Positions 1 to 13,069 of a stretch of DNA of 64,000 bases are shown here, one piece after another. A program made the translations under genes and the position numbers. This stretch comes from Octopus bimaculoides (lineage: Eukaryota). The stretch's first letter is position 1. Each line of letters begins with the position of its first letter. The stretch is from positions 44,151,716 through 44,215,715 of the forward strand of contig NC_068991.1 in NCBI RefSeq assembly GCF_001194135.2. Direction: 5' to 3'. Under the pieces are notes generated by a model that saw nothing but the letters and a program-made list of their open reading frames with translations, was not told where the DNA came from and ran no database searches.

Positions 1-242
1 CATACGTACATACATTCCCACATACATACATGCATACATATGTAAAGCACCTCCAAGTCACGCAAACACACCCTTACATTGAGGGTGGGAGATTTATACA
101 CAAACATAAACAACAGTGTCGTCAATTCACCCTCCGCTGCTGTACTCGATGATTAATTAGAGTATCAGCTGATATTACAGCACATGGAGTTGACAAAATA
201 TCTTATTAATAGCAATTTAACTGTATGTGCGTGAGTGTGTGT

Positions 243-256
243 ACACACACACACAC

Positions 257-288
<32 letters not shown>
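243..288 (+). repeat. (CA)n(GA)n microsatellite
   Basis: Direct tandem CA then GA repeat. Confidence 0.95.
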
Positions 289-291
<3 letters not shown>

Positions 292-1590
292 GGAGAGGGG
301 GAGCGTGTGTATTGATTTCCGAATCGGAACTCGTGGAGGCTCGAGTTTATTACGTAAAGTATGAGAAAAACTTTAAAAAAAAAAAAAAAAATTTAATAGT
401 CAAGTGTCGCTTATTTTTGTCTTTTAAAAGTGCAAATACATCTACAGTTATTCAATGCATCGGAGAAATCATTCTGAAAATAAACAATAGTATTTCTTCC
501 GGTAGATACAAGCTTCAACGAACACTTTCAGATTATTCTTATTATTTTATGATCAATTCGGAGATGAGAAGGGCAAGTATTCAAAATCCTTTTTAGGCTC
601 TCCAAAACTATTTTTTACAGCTTTCTTGAACTACATTATATAATTTTTCCTCTACATTTTTAAGAGGGCTGTGATTCGAGGGAAATTTAGCTTTTATTTC
701 TAGTGCGTTGAGAGGGCATGTTGACTGTCCCGACTGTATGTCTAAACTATTCTACACCCCGCTTAGAGTGTTTTCGTTCTCTGATGCCTTTGAGAAAAAT
801 ACGTACCTCACAAACTCCAATTTCATCTGTCGCTTACTGAAAGGTCATACGTCTAATTAAAAATATATACTGTGGTCTGTGAACGAAATAACCTCTCAAA
901 TCTTGACATTCTTCCCCAGTGCTATTTTTCCTTGTCTTTTTAAGTGTGTATTTGATAGGGGTATGGAATACATTTTATTATTTTACCTTAATTACTTCCT
1001 AGTTCTAGGAATATCATTTTAAATATAAACTCACACCGATTCCAATGCACCGGATCCGGTTGGCATAACTTCAGATTGGTACTCCACGATTTAATTTCTT
1101 CATTACCCTCTTTAACATATAATTTTTTATTTTTTTTTTATTTTTGCTTAAGTAAGTTTTCGAGGGTGTGGGTTACGATTATGTTGATAATATTAATTTT
1201 GTTAAGGAATTTCAAATACTTCTCCTTTAAGTTGGGGTTTGGAAAGAGCAAGAATGATCCCAAATTATACGCCCCCCCCCCAATAAATTTTATCAGCATA
1301 ATAGTAATCTGTACTTTTGAAAAGGTATTTCTGTAAATTGTCATTTAAAAATATGTACTTTAGAAAGAGTTGTGAAGAAACAAAGTCGAGTGGACGAATT
1401 ATATAATAAATAATACTTATAAAAATATCGTTGAAAATGTTACTAACATAATCACGGAAATGTTTCATTAAAAAATAAACATATTTTAGAAAGTTATGAG
1501 GAAGTATAAATTGGGGGCGGGGCACTAATCTATAGTTATGCGATCTGGTTTTTTTGGGGTTTTTTCTCTTTTTGCCACTCCCGATTTCAG

Positions 1591-1629
1591 ATATCCGCAG
1601 GCGTACTCATACGTCAAACAATCATCTGG
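1591..1629 (+). CDS. Candidate internal exon of unidentified host gene
   Basis: Strong acceptor (ttttctctttttgccactcccgatttcag); weak donor TGG|gttttt; 39 nt, open in all three frames. Confidence 0.25.
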
Positions 1630-1930
1630 GTTTTTTTCTTAATATATTTTTTTACCTGTTGTACTTAAGTAAATGAACTACACACAAAATAGTTTGACCA
1701 TCGTGCTCACATAAACACTTTTTCAAAACAGAAGCACTATAAGCTATATAACATCTACCTTATATAAGAAATAGATTTTTGTTGTCTGTTTTGTGCAGTT
1801 CACTTAATTAAGTTGACATATTATTGTCACTTATTCTCTTATTTAAAGGTGTGTTCTTATTGATTTTAACAAACATTTTAACCTTATAAGAGCATAGAAA
1901 AGCAGTCGCCTAAATATCAGATTTCGCTAG

Positions 1931-2006
1931 TTACGATCCCGCCATCTGATGACGTTATTCGCACTGTGTATGGATACCGACAACAAAGAACTATTCTCTC
2001 CAACAG
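1931..2006 (+). CDS. Candidate exon of unidentified host gene (LRSRHLMTLFALCMDTDNKELFSPT or VTIPPSDDVIRTVYGYRQQRTILSN)
   Basis: ctag| acceptor, CAG|gtgaca donor, two open frames, CpG-rich unique sequence. Confidence 0.35.
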
Positions 2007-2264
2007 GTGACAAAAATATCAAATAAACAAATTGATCGTTCTCGTGTGAAAGAAATCGATCTTGTCCCTTCCAAGTTTTTAAACCTGTCGATTTCGCTTG
2101 TCTGAGAAAATTCGATCTTGTTCATTTTTAACCTTTACACCCCATGTCATTTTCGAGAGAGATATTTCGCTCCGTCACTACCGAGTCATTCGTACTTTTC
2201 TTCTCTTATTTTTTTCTCAAACCATTCTGTCTTGCAAAGCAAAATATATTCTGTTTTTGTCCAG

Positions 2265-2354
2265 GATATTTACGGGATATGAATCCATTGTCTCTTCAGT
2301 TGAGAGAAGCCGATAAGTTTTTACTCAGCCATTGCGACATTTCGCCATTGATGG
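2265..2354 (+). CDS. Candidate exon (GYLRDMNPLSLQLREADKFLLSHCDISPLMG)
   Basis: Long polypyrimidine tract ending tttttgtccag|, donor ATGG|gtaatc, 90 nt, phase 1-1 compatible with neighbours. Confidence 0.4.
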
Positions 2355-2911
2355 GTAATCACATATTTTGGTAGAATATTTGGAGTGAAAAAGATCTTTA
2401 ATGCAGCAAACCGAAAATGGAAAAATTGATAAAAAGAAATTTAACAAAAGTATTTTATGTGTACATTTATGCACGAATATAATTATAGATTTCTTTTCGT
2501 AGCGATGAGACCTCAACTTTATAAGGGAAGAACGTGGGAAGAAGATATGACGTTAATCATTTCTGAGCTTTATTAGTGTGATACAATAAAGTTACTAAAC
2601 AGCAAGGCATTCTCACACTGAATGCAGGCTAACGGGGAATCGATTTTCATGCTGAATTGTCGAGTCAAAGTCGAACAAATTGATGAATAAACTTAATATT
2701 GCGAAAGCAAACACTTCCATGATATGTACATTAAAACTATATCTCTAAAATGGAATCAGAAACGATCATATATATATATATATATATATATATAAACAAG
2801 ATAAATAGAATCAGTATATGAGTGTACTTTTCTGTTATTTTAAATCGACATAAAGTAATAAAAGTGTCTCAAGGCCCGACAGTTTCGGGTATTGCGCTTA
2901 TCAAACGGCCA

Positions 2912-2970
2912 TGTACGAAACTCTCGGCCCTTAAGTCACTTTATAACTTTCTGCCGTTTATAATTAAAGA
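2912..2970 (+). repeat. Half copy of palindromic TTAA element, homologous to 48524-48597
   Basis: tgtacgaaactctcggcccttaagtcact vs tgtacgaaactctcagcccttgagtcact, with further similarity downstream. Confidence 0.75.
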
Positions 2971-3506
2971 TTTCTCTCTCTCTATGTATATGTATTATGT
3001 ATATATATATATCGTTTGTAGAAATAACATTCACTCACACACTATACCGTGCGTGTACATATATACAGAAACAGTATAATCCATACACACGTTTAGAGTT
3101 AAAGCTTCATTTCTCATCAACCGACTTCAACCAGAATTTTTTTTACCGTAGGGAGAGATAGCTATGAGTATTGAAAAGAAGGTGACAAATAGTTATGTTT
3201 AATAAAACGAAAACCATTTAAACTTTTAAACATGTCCAACACCATAATGAAGACCGAAAAACACCATAATGCAAACTGTATTGTGTCTTAATGTGTGTGG
3301 GTGAGTGAAGTAGGGGGGAGGCACAATTTTCGCGAATATTTGGGTGGGTGGCTCAGTACTTTACTTTTTAAACATCTAAAACGAGTCGTTAAAAAGATTA
3401 GAATTTTTCGAAATGAAAACCTCGTTTCTGAGAGAAAAACCAAAACTTTTTAATTTTTTTAATTTTGTTGACGTTATTTTTCGGTCCCTTTGATCTCTAT
3501 TGTCAG

Positions 3507-3640
3507 GTCTTTATTTCTGGCTGCGTGCATCGTCCCAAAAGGCGATAGTGTTCTTATCCAATAATGTTTCTGGCTTAAATGGAAGGTATCTAGTTTGGAT
3601 CCAGTACACATCTGTGAATAAGACACCCGATGACAACTAG
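3507..3640 (+). CDS. Candidate terminal exon (GLYFWLRASSQKAIVFLSNNVSGLNGRYLVWIQYTSVNKTPDDN*)
   Basis: ctctattgtcag| acceptor; only the phase-1 frame is open, matching exon 2265-2354; AATAAA about 210 nt after the stop. A competing minus-strand frame is also open. Confidence 0.35.
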
Positions 3641-3943
3641 GAAGTAAACTGATAGAAATGTAATGTAGATATTTTTAGAAATGTTCATCCCAGAAGATGA
3701 GATTTAGTCTGTAAATTAACATCTTAATACAGTCCTACTTAACACACTACATGTTATAAGTCAAAACAAAAACACTCACACAGATGAAATCAAGAAATTA
3801 TTAATAATGGAAAATATTCTTGCTTTCATTCAGATTATTAGTGCCAGTAGAATAAATGTTTTATTCACGTGCCTACACACACATGCGTACACATATACAC
3901 ACATACATACATACGTACATACATACATACATACATACATAGT

Positions 3944-4105
3944 AGGCACATTATGGTCAAATGGTTACAAAGTTTACTTACCAACCACAAGATCCTAGGT
4001 TCAATTCCACTGCATAGCTTCTTGGGCAAACCTCATTGCTTTGAGACAACTCCTACCTTGTGAGTGAAATCGAGCAGATAGAAACTGAATAGAAGCCCAT
4101 AGGGT
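3944..4105 (+). mobile_element. tRNA-derived CORE-type SINE (octopus OR-like), 5' module
   Basis: A/B-box-like head, cttgggcaa core, gtgagtg...gaaactgaa..gaagccc; many copies in window. Confidence 0.75.
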
Positions 4106-4719
4106 GGATTGTACTTGTATTTGAAAATGCACAGCCCTTGTCACACTGATTTTGTCTGAGAATTTTATGGAGAGTACGCATGCCTGCAGAATGTTCAGCC
4201 ACTCCACAGATTAATTCAGGAGCATGAAATTCAGTCGGTCAAACAATTGAAATCTACTTATATGTAATACTCTCTCAACCAGTATCAGTATGAGAGAGTC
4301 AATATGCATTCTATACTTTCCATGTGAAAAATTCTAAATGTTAAAATTTATTTTAATTCCCCTGAAGAAAAGCTTTTTTTTTTTATATGATGTAATTGAT
4401 TTGTTCATCAATAAAAAAAATACATCTGAAACAGGTGTAGTGAACCTCAGCCCATTTATGTTATTATTTATACTACACCACACTTGGAAACTTCCCTGCA
4501 TCAAATCTTGAGCCTACAATGGACTGTTGACTGCATGCTGAGTATACTCATGCGATTTTACATATACACTGAGTGTATTTGGTCTGCACTTGTGGATGGG
4601 TGTGTAACTGGAAGGACAAATCCATATATACTCTAGTACATGAGTGTCTGTTACACACTGTTGATACATGGGTATGCTATTCGTGACTCTACCTTGGTGT
4701 TCTTATCAAAGTACCTCTA

Positions 4720-5095
4720 AGGTAGCGAGCTGGCAGAATCACTAGTATGCTAGGAAAAATGCTTAGTGGCATTTCGTCTGTCCTTACATTCTGAGTTCAA
4801 ATTCCATTGAGGTCGACTTTGCCTTACATCCTTCCAGGGTCAATGAAATAAGGGCCAGTTGAGCTCTGGGGTTGATGTAACTGACTAACCCCCTCCCCCA
4901 AAATTTCAGGCGTTGTGCCTTCGTAGAAAGGATTATTAAAATACCTCTGAGTTCAAATTCCACAAAGGTTAGCTTTGCATTTCATCCTTTCAGGGTTGAT
5001 AAAATAAGTACCAGTTGTGTACTGGGGTCAATGTAATTGACTTTCCCTGTCACCAAATTTCAGGCCTTGTGCCTATAGTAGAAAGAATTATTAAA
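4720..5095 (+). mobile_element. Two tandem Deu/Nin-domain-type SINEs
   Basis: ctgagttcaaattcc B-box, then gaggtcgactttgcc..catcc..ggg..gataaa..agtaccag central domain, twice. Confidence 0.8.
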
Positions 5096-5376
5096 ATACC
5101 TTGAATTTATTGGATCCTACAAATAATTACATATATTTTTTTGTTTAAGTATTATCTTCCTTTCAACTTCTACTTCCTTTTCTTTCTCTTAACAGTTACA
5201 ACAGCGAGAGCTGATTATGTAATTTTCTCTAAACTAAAATGTATACTTTCCACGATCATATTTGAATTTTTTGCGTTTCAATAATTTTTCTCTGATTTTA
5301 CTCATTCTCAAATTTAATGGCTATATAGCGGTATGTAAACTGACTCAAGAAATCTCTAGTGAAACTTTTTATTGAT

Positions 5377-5418
5377 GTACCTGAAGAGACCCAGAATGGT
5401 TTGAAACATGTGTTGTAC
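5377..5418 (+). ncRNA. Degenerate minimal type I hammerhead ribozyme (Penelope-like pLTR remnant)
   Basis: GTAC-CTGAAGA-GACC..GGTTT-GAAA-C-ATGT-G-T-T-GTAC; palindromic stem III loop; AATAAA immediately downstream. Confidence 0.6.
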
Positions 5419-5799
5419 CCAATAAAGTCCATTACACATTCCATCTCCTATTTTATTAATATTGTTACCTCAACTGCCAGTACAAAGTTCCTGCAGTAAA
5501 TCTATGGATAACAACAGGTAATCGAAACTATGCCAGTGCTTTACTCATCATCAATTTATACATTTTGTACAATTCCTCTCAACATCACTTGCTATCTCTA
5601 AACAGCTCCCCTCACACTCTTGTGGAACATTTCTCCTCTATTCCCTCTGTACTACTTCTACTACACCCACTGGGCTCTGTAGGAAGGCCTTCTCTCTCTC
5701 ACTCTGACTGTCCAGCTATCTATCTCTCTAACACCCTCCCACCTTCCTCTCTTTCCTTTTCCAAATGAGGTAACTAAGTATCTCCTCAACAGCCGAGAG

Positions 5800-6018
5800 G
5801 TCCTTGTCTTGTAAACTCATGGTACTGGTGCCACACAAAAAGCACTGGGTACACTCTGTAGAGTGGTTAGCATTGGGAAGGACATCTAACCATAGAAACC
5901 ATGACAAAGCAGACAGAGCCTGGTGCAACTCTCTGGCTTACCAACTCCTGTCAAACCATCCAACCCATGCCAGCATGGGAAATGGATGTTAAATGATGAT
6001 GATGATGATGATGATGAT
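5800..6018 (+). mobile_element. RTE 3'-UTR-derived repeat ending in (GAT)n
   Basis: Matches the 3' end of the RTE at 18260-18600 (aagcac..ggttagcattgggaagggcatc...ccatgccagcatgg...gttaaatgatgat). Confidence 0.85.
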
Positions 6019-6049
6019 ACTATATAAGGGGCACAAGCACTTTCATACA

Positions 6050-6365
6050 CAGGTGTTGTTGTGTGATAAGATGTTTACTTCCCAACCACAGTCTTGGGTT
6101 TAGTCCCACTGCATGGCATCTTGGGCAAGTGTCTTCCATTATAGTTCCAGGCTGACCAAAACCTTGTGAATAGATTTAATAGATGGAAATGGAAAGAAAC
6201 CCATCGTGTATATATATATATATAGCAGTTCGGCTAAAGAGACCGATATAGAATAAGTACTTGGCTTACAGAGAATAAGTCCTGGGGTCGATTTGCTTGA
6301 CTAAAGGCAGTGCTCCAGCATGGCCACAGTGAAATGACTGAAACAAGTAAAGGAGTAAAGAGTAT
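6050..6365 (+). mobile_element. CORE-type SINE with 3' module ending cagcatggccacag..tgactgaaac
   Basis: Same family as 16400-16790, 22675-23070 and 61440-61655. Confidence 0.8.
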
Positions 6366-6400
6366 ATATATATATACACACACAGACACACATACACACT

Positions 6401-6432
<32 letters not shown>

Positions 6433-6984
6433 GAAAGTGAAAAGGTAACATTTGCTTTGAAGTGAGAGTAGAAAGTGAAAGATGTATGTATGCGTATGTG
6501 CTTGTTCATGTGTGAGAGAGAGAGTGAGTGAGTGAAGGTGTATGTTGTCATGTATGTATTTTTTGCATGTATGTGTAAATGGCACTCATTCACTCTCTCT
6601 CTCTCACATTCACATACATTATCTTTCATATACACGTACATAAATACATATACATACATCCTTTTTGTATGAATGTGTGCGTGTGCATGTGGGAGAGAAA
6701 GTGAGTGACTGTATTTCCTCCTAACATATAGTGAAATGGATGTCTTTTAAGGTACATACCCGTATAGAAAATGTGACATTGTCATAGGTGGTGGTATAAA
6801 ATGTTCATGATAGTTGACTTATAGAAAGATTATAATGTTGAATTTTTGTAATGCAAATATGTAAATGAAAATAAAGTTTATTTAGTAGCCAAAAGATTAC
6901 TGAATCTTTTGATACCTCATATGCCAAAATCAGAAGCTCAGTTTTTGAATGCATAAGGAACAAACACACACACCCACACACACA

Positions 6985-7021
<37 letters not shown>

Positions 7022-7889
7022 ACACCCACACACACACACACACACACACTTTTATATATATATAGAGAGAGATATGTATGTATACACACACACATATATA
7101 TCTATATATAAAACCATGCTTGTTGAGAAAATTGATATTTTGAATAAATAGACAGAGTTGGTAAGAGATTTATTTCATGATGTGAGAGCAACCATGCCCA
7201 GTTTTCCAGACTCTGATGAGGGTCCAAAATTATACTATTTGAAGTACAAGCAGCCATCATATTGGCGCCCACTAGAGCAAGAGATAAATTGTGCCAATAC
7301 CAGCCAATCAGAATAGTGGACACAACAGGGTCCAAAATGTGGCCAAAGGCTAGCTGTTATCTACTACGTTCGTATGTATGCATATATACTAGAGAGGAGA
7401 GGAATTTCATTCAAGTGTATGCTACAAGTTAAACACATAAAATTCCAGTTCCATTAGAAAAGTGGCTTTACTCAAGAAGCAGAAAAATAAAATACTAAAT
7501 ACAACACTAACAATAGTTTTAACTGTTTGTTACAATTGCTGCAAATATTGTAACTGCAATGGGAACAATGATAATGCCAACATGTCAATGAGAGAGCCTT
7601 TATGTGGTCACTTGACCGAGTAGAAGTAGCTGTAAAATCTTCCTCAAATTACACATTTTTGCTTTAAGAAAGGGAAAACACATTGGACAGTGTGGTCTTA
7701 GATACTCTTAAAAATATGGATGCTCAAGTACGGTTGACCTGGGGCTAAAAATCAATGACAATGGCAACCAAAACAATGATACCATTCATAACAGTAACAC
7801 TTGCAAAAATAGTAACAGGTGTAACAAGAATACAACCAATACTGATTGCAGTGGCAGTGACAGCAGTTGTTTCAACAGCAACAATTAAA

Positions 7890-8100
7890 CAGAGCAAGGA
7901 GCTTCTGCATGATTGTTTGATCTGCTAGAAACAGCAACCAAGTCTCCTTCAAATCACACCCTACTGTCTGGGAAAAGGAATGGAGACATCAGATAATGTA
8001 GCCCGATATACCCTTAAAATGATGGAATAGTCACAGCTGGAAAGCCCTCCATCAAAAGCCTGATCATTCAGAGTGGTCCTGAGAATAAACAACAACAAAA
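7890..8100 (+). mobile_element. Abundant unclassified interspersed repeat (tagaaatagcagccaaatctccctcaaatcacacc ... ggggctaaacaacaac)
   Basis: Further copies near 660, 7600, 9620-9830, 15420, 27620, 34300, 36550, 38290, 39720 and 41340. Confidence 0.7.
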
Positions 8101-8252
8101 TGCCAGTAGATTTGAAAATGAGAGATGTTAACTGGAAACTTGTATTTCAGTGAACATCAGCTTGCAGAAATGCTAGAAAGGATGCTAAGAAAGATTATTA
8201 AAAAAGTTAAGAAAACCTGCCAAACAAAGATGGGGAGAACTAAACTTATGAC

Positions 8253-8321
8253 CTAAAACAACATTAGAGATGTGGACTTCCATATGTAATCAAAGTAGTT
8301 TCCAGTTACAGGAATTATATA
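8253..8321 (-). CDS. Candidate terminal exon (YIIPVTGNYFDYIWKSTSLMLF*) of unidentified minus-strand gene
   Basis: Polypyrimidine-rich acceptor; phase 0 matches exon 8773-8896. Confidence 0.25.
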   Translation of the reverse strand, partial: YIIPVTGNYFDYIWKSTSLMLF

Positions 8322-8772
8322 CTTCCAACATTGGAGTAATATGTTGGAGAATAAAAGATGCAAGCAAAGATAAATAGTAGATAGATATACTTTTAATAAA
8401 AAAATTAAGCAGCTTAAGTTGAGAAAACAAACAAAAAATGTGGAATAGATGACTGTTCCTTCAATGTCCAACATGAAAACTGTTTTGTTAGAGATATGGC
8501 ATACATACAAAACAGGGATTAAAATTCAGAATAAGCATCAAATAACTGAGCAGATTCACAATATTCTTAACCACTACTTTGTATGATTGATTAAAAAAGT
8601 CAGGTTAGTAATGGTGTATTTTAAAGAGCCTCTCTTAACAATTTGGTATCTCTAAATAACATATTCAGATGTACATCGAAGTGCCTGAAGTACAAGAGGT
8701 TTTAACATTTGCAGAGAAGCAAGTTACTGTGATTAAATTATCTGTTTAGAAAATCTTTTTGTATACACATAC

Positions 8773-8896
8773 TTGTTTGTTTCTGTCTTTGTTAATGTAT
8801 ACAACCACTGGCAGTTGACAATGAGCAAAATCCAGCGGTGAACCAGAAAATGCTTCATTTACAAGCAAAGGCTCTATATTGAAGACATTTTGGTCT
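8773..8896 (-). CDS. Candidate exon (DQNVFNIEPLLVNEAFSGSPLDFAHCQLPVVVYINKDRNKQ)
   Basis: atatag| acceptor, CAA|gtatgt donor, open frame phase 2-0. Confidence 0.35.
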
Positions 8897-9398
8897 CTAT
8901 ATTATCAAAATGAAGGTGTAAAAATTATGTTCAGGAAGCTATCAAAGAATTTTATTATTTTAGGTAAGGTTATCTAGAACAATATCTACTTTGCATTGGA
9001 CAAGAGATAGAATGTGTCTGTTATAAAGGCTTTCTCAGATCTTTGATCAATTTAGATCCAAATAAAAAATAGTGTTGAGTATCAAGAGGTTGACCACTCT
9101 CTTGGTAGCTGAATAGTTATATTGTTAAACAGTAACATCCTAACAATGTTTGCTCTGTAATTCTGTACATGGAAATGTATGTCCATGTAGGCTAAACCAG
9201 TTCTCATTTCAGAAAGTATATTGCATTCTTTATTGTTGGACTGTGATATCAGTCATACTGTTAAGGGTTTGATTTGGTATAGACTTCAAGGGATAAATCC
9301 ATTGTCTAATGCGACACATTTTAACCAGAAATTAACTGAGAGAAAGTAGTCTTTACAGTATCTGGACTTCAGATTGGCACACAACAATTGCAACTTAC

Positions 9399-9467
9399 AT
9401 TTGATATGCTTTAGTCCTGTAATTTACAATCTTTGGATAGTTGTATACATATTTTCCAAATGCTTGT
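9399..9467 (-). CDS. Candidate exon (QAFGKYVYNYPKIVNYRTKAYQ)
   Basis: acag| acceptor, perfect gtaagt donor, only one open frame, phase 2-2 joins 8773-8896. Confidence 0.35.
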
Positions 9468-11594
9468 CTGTTATTTAACAGTATGCTTGCTTTTGTTACA
9501 TTTTTTACAATGCTTGCAACCCAAGCTGACATAATTAAGTCCCTTTCAAATGGTTGTCATTTTGATTACACCATATTATAAGAATATAGTATTGCTATTA
9601 TAATAGTAATATAATTATAAAGACACTAGTTGCTAATTAGCTCAGGGTAAAGAAAACCAATAACCAAAGACAGTTCAGCCATTACCATCACATCTTTTAT
9701 TTACACATAATGTATTTAGGATTACATGATCCAATGTTCCCTTTCTTTTTGAAGATGATAAGGTGTGACTTGAAGATTTGGTTGCTACTTCTTGCAGGTG
9801 AGTAACCATATAGGGGCTTCCCTATTGCTTCAAGAATACCTGTTTTAGAATACAGTGTTGTTAACTCCAGATATTTTATAATGACTTAAACAGGCCAACG
9901 AGAGAATTTTTTCACAGTCTTTTGACTAAATCTTCCTTAAATCACATTCTACCATCTTTGGTAGGATTCAATATATGGTTCAAGCAAAAGCCTTCATTGT
10001 CATGACTCCAGTTGGAAATTTTCTACCAATTGTGTGAACACTACTTTTACTCAGACAACAGTCTCAAATTACCAAACTCTTTGTTGTTTGAACAATTTTA
10101 AAAAAAGGGGGGAAATTTAATACAGGCACAGAATGATAATTTAAACTTGAAAGTCTACAACTAGTAGCAACATTGATGAAATGACCATCATGTATATACT
10201 GTACATCCTGATCTCTGGGTAAGAAGCAATATGATTGAAGTGCCTAATATATTTATATATCTAGAAGGCAAAGTATGAGCAAAAAAAAAAAAAACTGGAA
10301 AAAGCAGTAGTCTGTGCCTTTTAGATTTGTAGTCTGTGTTTTTAGAAATACTTTTAGGCTACAGTAGAAGACAGTGTATAATACTTACTACACTATGTTT
10401 TTATTTTGTTTAGAGATAAGAGTTTAAAAGGCACTGATTTTTATAGAGTGAAGGAAGCATGGATTTCTTTGAGATAAGAGTGAAGAAAGCATGCATTGCT
10501 GTATTTAATAATGTACCCTATGATTAGTCATAGAATTAGTGATTTATATCCTGTCATTGGAATTGTTTTGTCAATCACCAAGATTCTTAACCTCAATGGT
10601 CGAACCCAACTAGTTTTTTCAAGGAATGTATGTATTGCAGATTGTATAACACTATTTTAAATGGTGGCAGTACTGTAAAAGTGATGAGTGTTTCATTTGC
10701 TTCAATTTTGAGTTTAATTACGTCAACAAAAAGGGTATCAGCAACAGTCTGACATCGTATGCAAGGGAAGGTTTATCTCTCATTTGTTTTACCCTGCAGG
10801 ATCTGAAGATAAACATTTGCCTTGTGGATACTAGTGACACCAAAAATAATTTTTATTTATATATATATTCACTTTTAGATACCGGTGAAGGAAATGTCAA
10901 CCAGTATTGCAATTGATAAAGGAGAATAATTTGTTTTTCTACTTATAGTACTTAGCTTGACCTGTACAATATAGCTGCATGACATAATTAAAAGAGAGAA
11001 TACAAGTGCAGCAGATAGACTAACAACAGAGATTAGCAAAATAACAGAAGTTCTTTCTCCTAGTCTTTTGCTTTTTATTTTATTACGGAGGTTGTACTAG
11101 CAATAAAAACAGATGTACTAACAGCCACAATGTTATATGTGTGGTGTATGTGTGTGTGCATGTGCTCAAGTGTGTGTGTATGTATGTTTGTATGTATGTA
11201 TGTAGCAGTTAGAAGACAAACTACAAAGATGAAGCAATAATGGCACAACAATGAAATCAACAATAGCTGTAAGAATGTGACAGATGCTAAATGTACAAGG
11301 AAAAGTACGCAAAGGTATAACGATGGAAAGAAGTAGAAAAAATAACTACAGAAGAGTCAGTTGTAAAGTCAATAACAGTAACAAACACAGCAGTGGTAGA
11401 AAGGGCTGTAGCAATAATGACAACTGTAGGAAAGGTTCATTTGATGAAGTTTTGGATGACAGACTGAATTCTGGACATCAAGACAGTGATATAGATTTGC
11501 AACAGCATATGTTCAGATGGAAAGGAAGCATTTGAGTTCAATCCTATATATTTTCTTTGAGATAAAAAAAAAAGCAAGTTAAATTTGTCAATAA

Positions 11595-11777
11595 CAACAA
11601 CATCATCATCATCATTGTTGCCGTCATCATCATCATCATCATAATCATCATCATCATTATCATCTTTATCACTGTCGTCATCCTCATTGTCATCGTTGTC
11701 ATCGTCATCATCATTGTTGTCATTGTCGTCATCGTTGTTGTCATCATTGTCATCATCATTATCATGTCATCGTCACC

Positions 11778-11809
<32 letters not shown>

Positions 11810-11810
11810 T
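11595..11810. repeat. Compound (ATC/GTC/ACC)n trinucleotide tract
   Basis: Direct; explains the poly-M/T ORF 11544-11765. Confidence 0.95.
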
Positions 11811-12144
11811 TTACATCCACTTTTCTAGCATGGCCACAGTCTAATATTTGAAACAAGATAAAAGATATCAAAACAGAAGACTGGAAAATTTGACACTTTT
11901 AATTCCATGTTACATGTGTTTCACTACTGGATAGGAAGCACAAAAGTATACATGTTGAAGAAAATGTATATAATCTCCTATCTGTAATTCTTCAGAATCC
12001 TTGTCTGAAGAATTATGAATAGAATTCATTGGAAATTTCAATTGCTATGGATATCTCATCTAAAATAAAACATCTATATACATAGATTTGTTTAATGTGA
12101 ACAAGCAGATGAGCTTCATGAGGACATTGCTTGGATTATAACCC

Positions 12145-12194
<50 letters not shown>

Positions 12195-13069
12195 NNNNNN
12201 NNNNNNNNNNNNNNNNNNNNNNNNNNNNNNNNNNNNNNNNNNNNNNNNNNNNNNNNNNNNNNNNNNNNNNNNNNNNNNNNNNNNNNNNNNNNNNNNNNNN
12301 NNNNNNNNNNNNNNNNNNNNNNNNNNNNNNNNNNNNNNNNNNNNNNNNNNNNNNNNNNNNNNNNNNNNNNNNNNNNNNNNNNNNNNNNNNNNNNNNNNNN
12401 NNNNNNNNNNNNNNNNNNNNNNNNNNNNNNNNNNNNNNNNNNNNNNNNNNNNNNNNNNNNNNNNNNNNNNNNNNNNNNNNNNNNNNNNNNNNNNNNNNNN
12501 NNNNNNNNNNNNNNNNNNNNNNNNNNNNNNNNNNNNNNNNNNNNNNNNNNNNNNNNNNNNNNNNNNNNNNNNNNNNNNNNNNNNNNNNNNNNNNNNNNNN
12601 NNNNNNNNNNNNNNNNNNNNNNNNNNNNNNNNNNNNNNNNNNNNNNNNNNNNNNNNNNNNNNNNNNNNNNNNNNNNNNNNNNNNNNNNNNNNNNNNNNNN
12701 NNNNNNNNNNNNNNNNNNNNNNNNNNNNNNNNNNNNNNNNNNNNNNNNNNNNNNNNNNNNNNNNNNNNNNNNNNNNNNNNNNNNNNNNNNNNNNNNNNNN
12801 NNNNNNNNNNNNNNNNNNNNNNNNNNNNNNNNNNNNNNNNNNNNNNNNNNNNNNNNNNNNNNNNNNNNNNNNNNNNNNNNNNNNNNNNNNNNNNNNNNNN
12901 NNNNNNNNNNNNNNNNNNNNNNNNNNNNNNNNNNNNNNNNNNNNNNNNNNNNNNNNNNNNNNNNNNNNNNNNNNNNNNNNNNNNNNNNNNNNNNNNNNNN
13001 NNNNNNNNNNNNNNNNNNNNNNNNNNNNNNNNNNNNNNNNNNNNNNNNNNNNNNNNNNNNNNNNNNNNN
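12195..13069. other. Assembly gap (other gaps: 31797-32423, 35958-36341, 37314-37888, 46104-46113, 54439-54538, 62633-62813)
   Basis: Runs of N. Confidence 1.

Noticed and set aside
3500-3640. Minus-strand YWIRTLSPFG resembling the Penelope GIY-YIG C-terminus
   Set aside because: No GIY-YIG core upstream and the GLN motif is absent; probably the antisense of a plus-strand exon
8440-8500. LDIEGT motif like enolase-phosphatase E1
   Set aside because: No similarity beyond six residues
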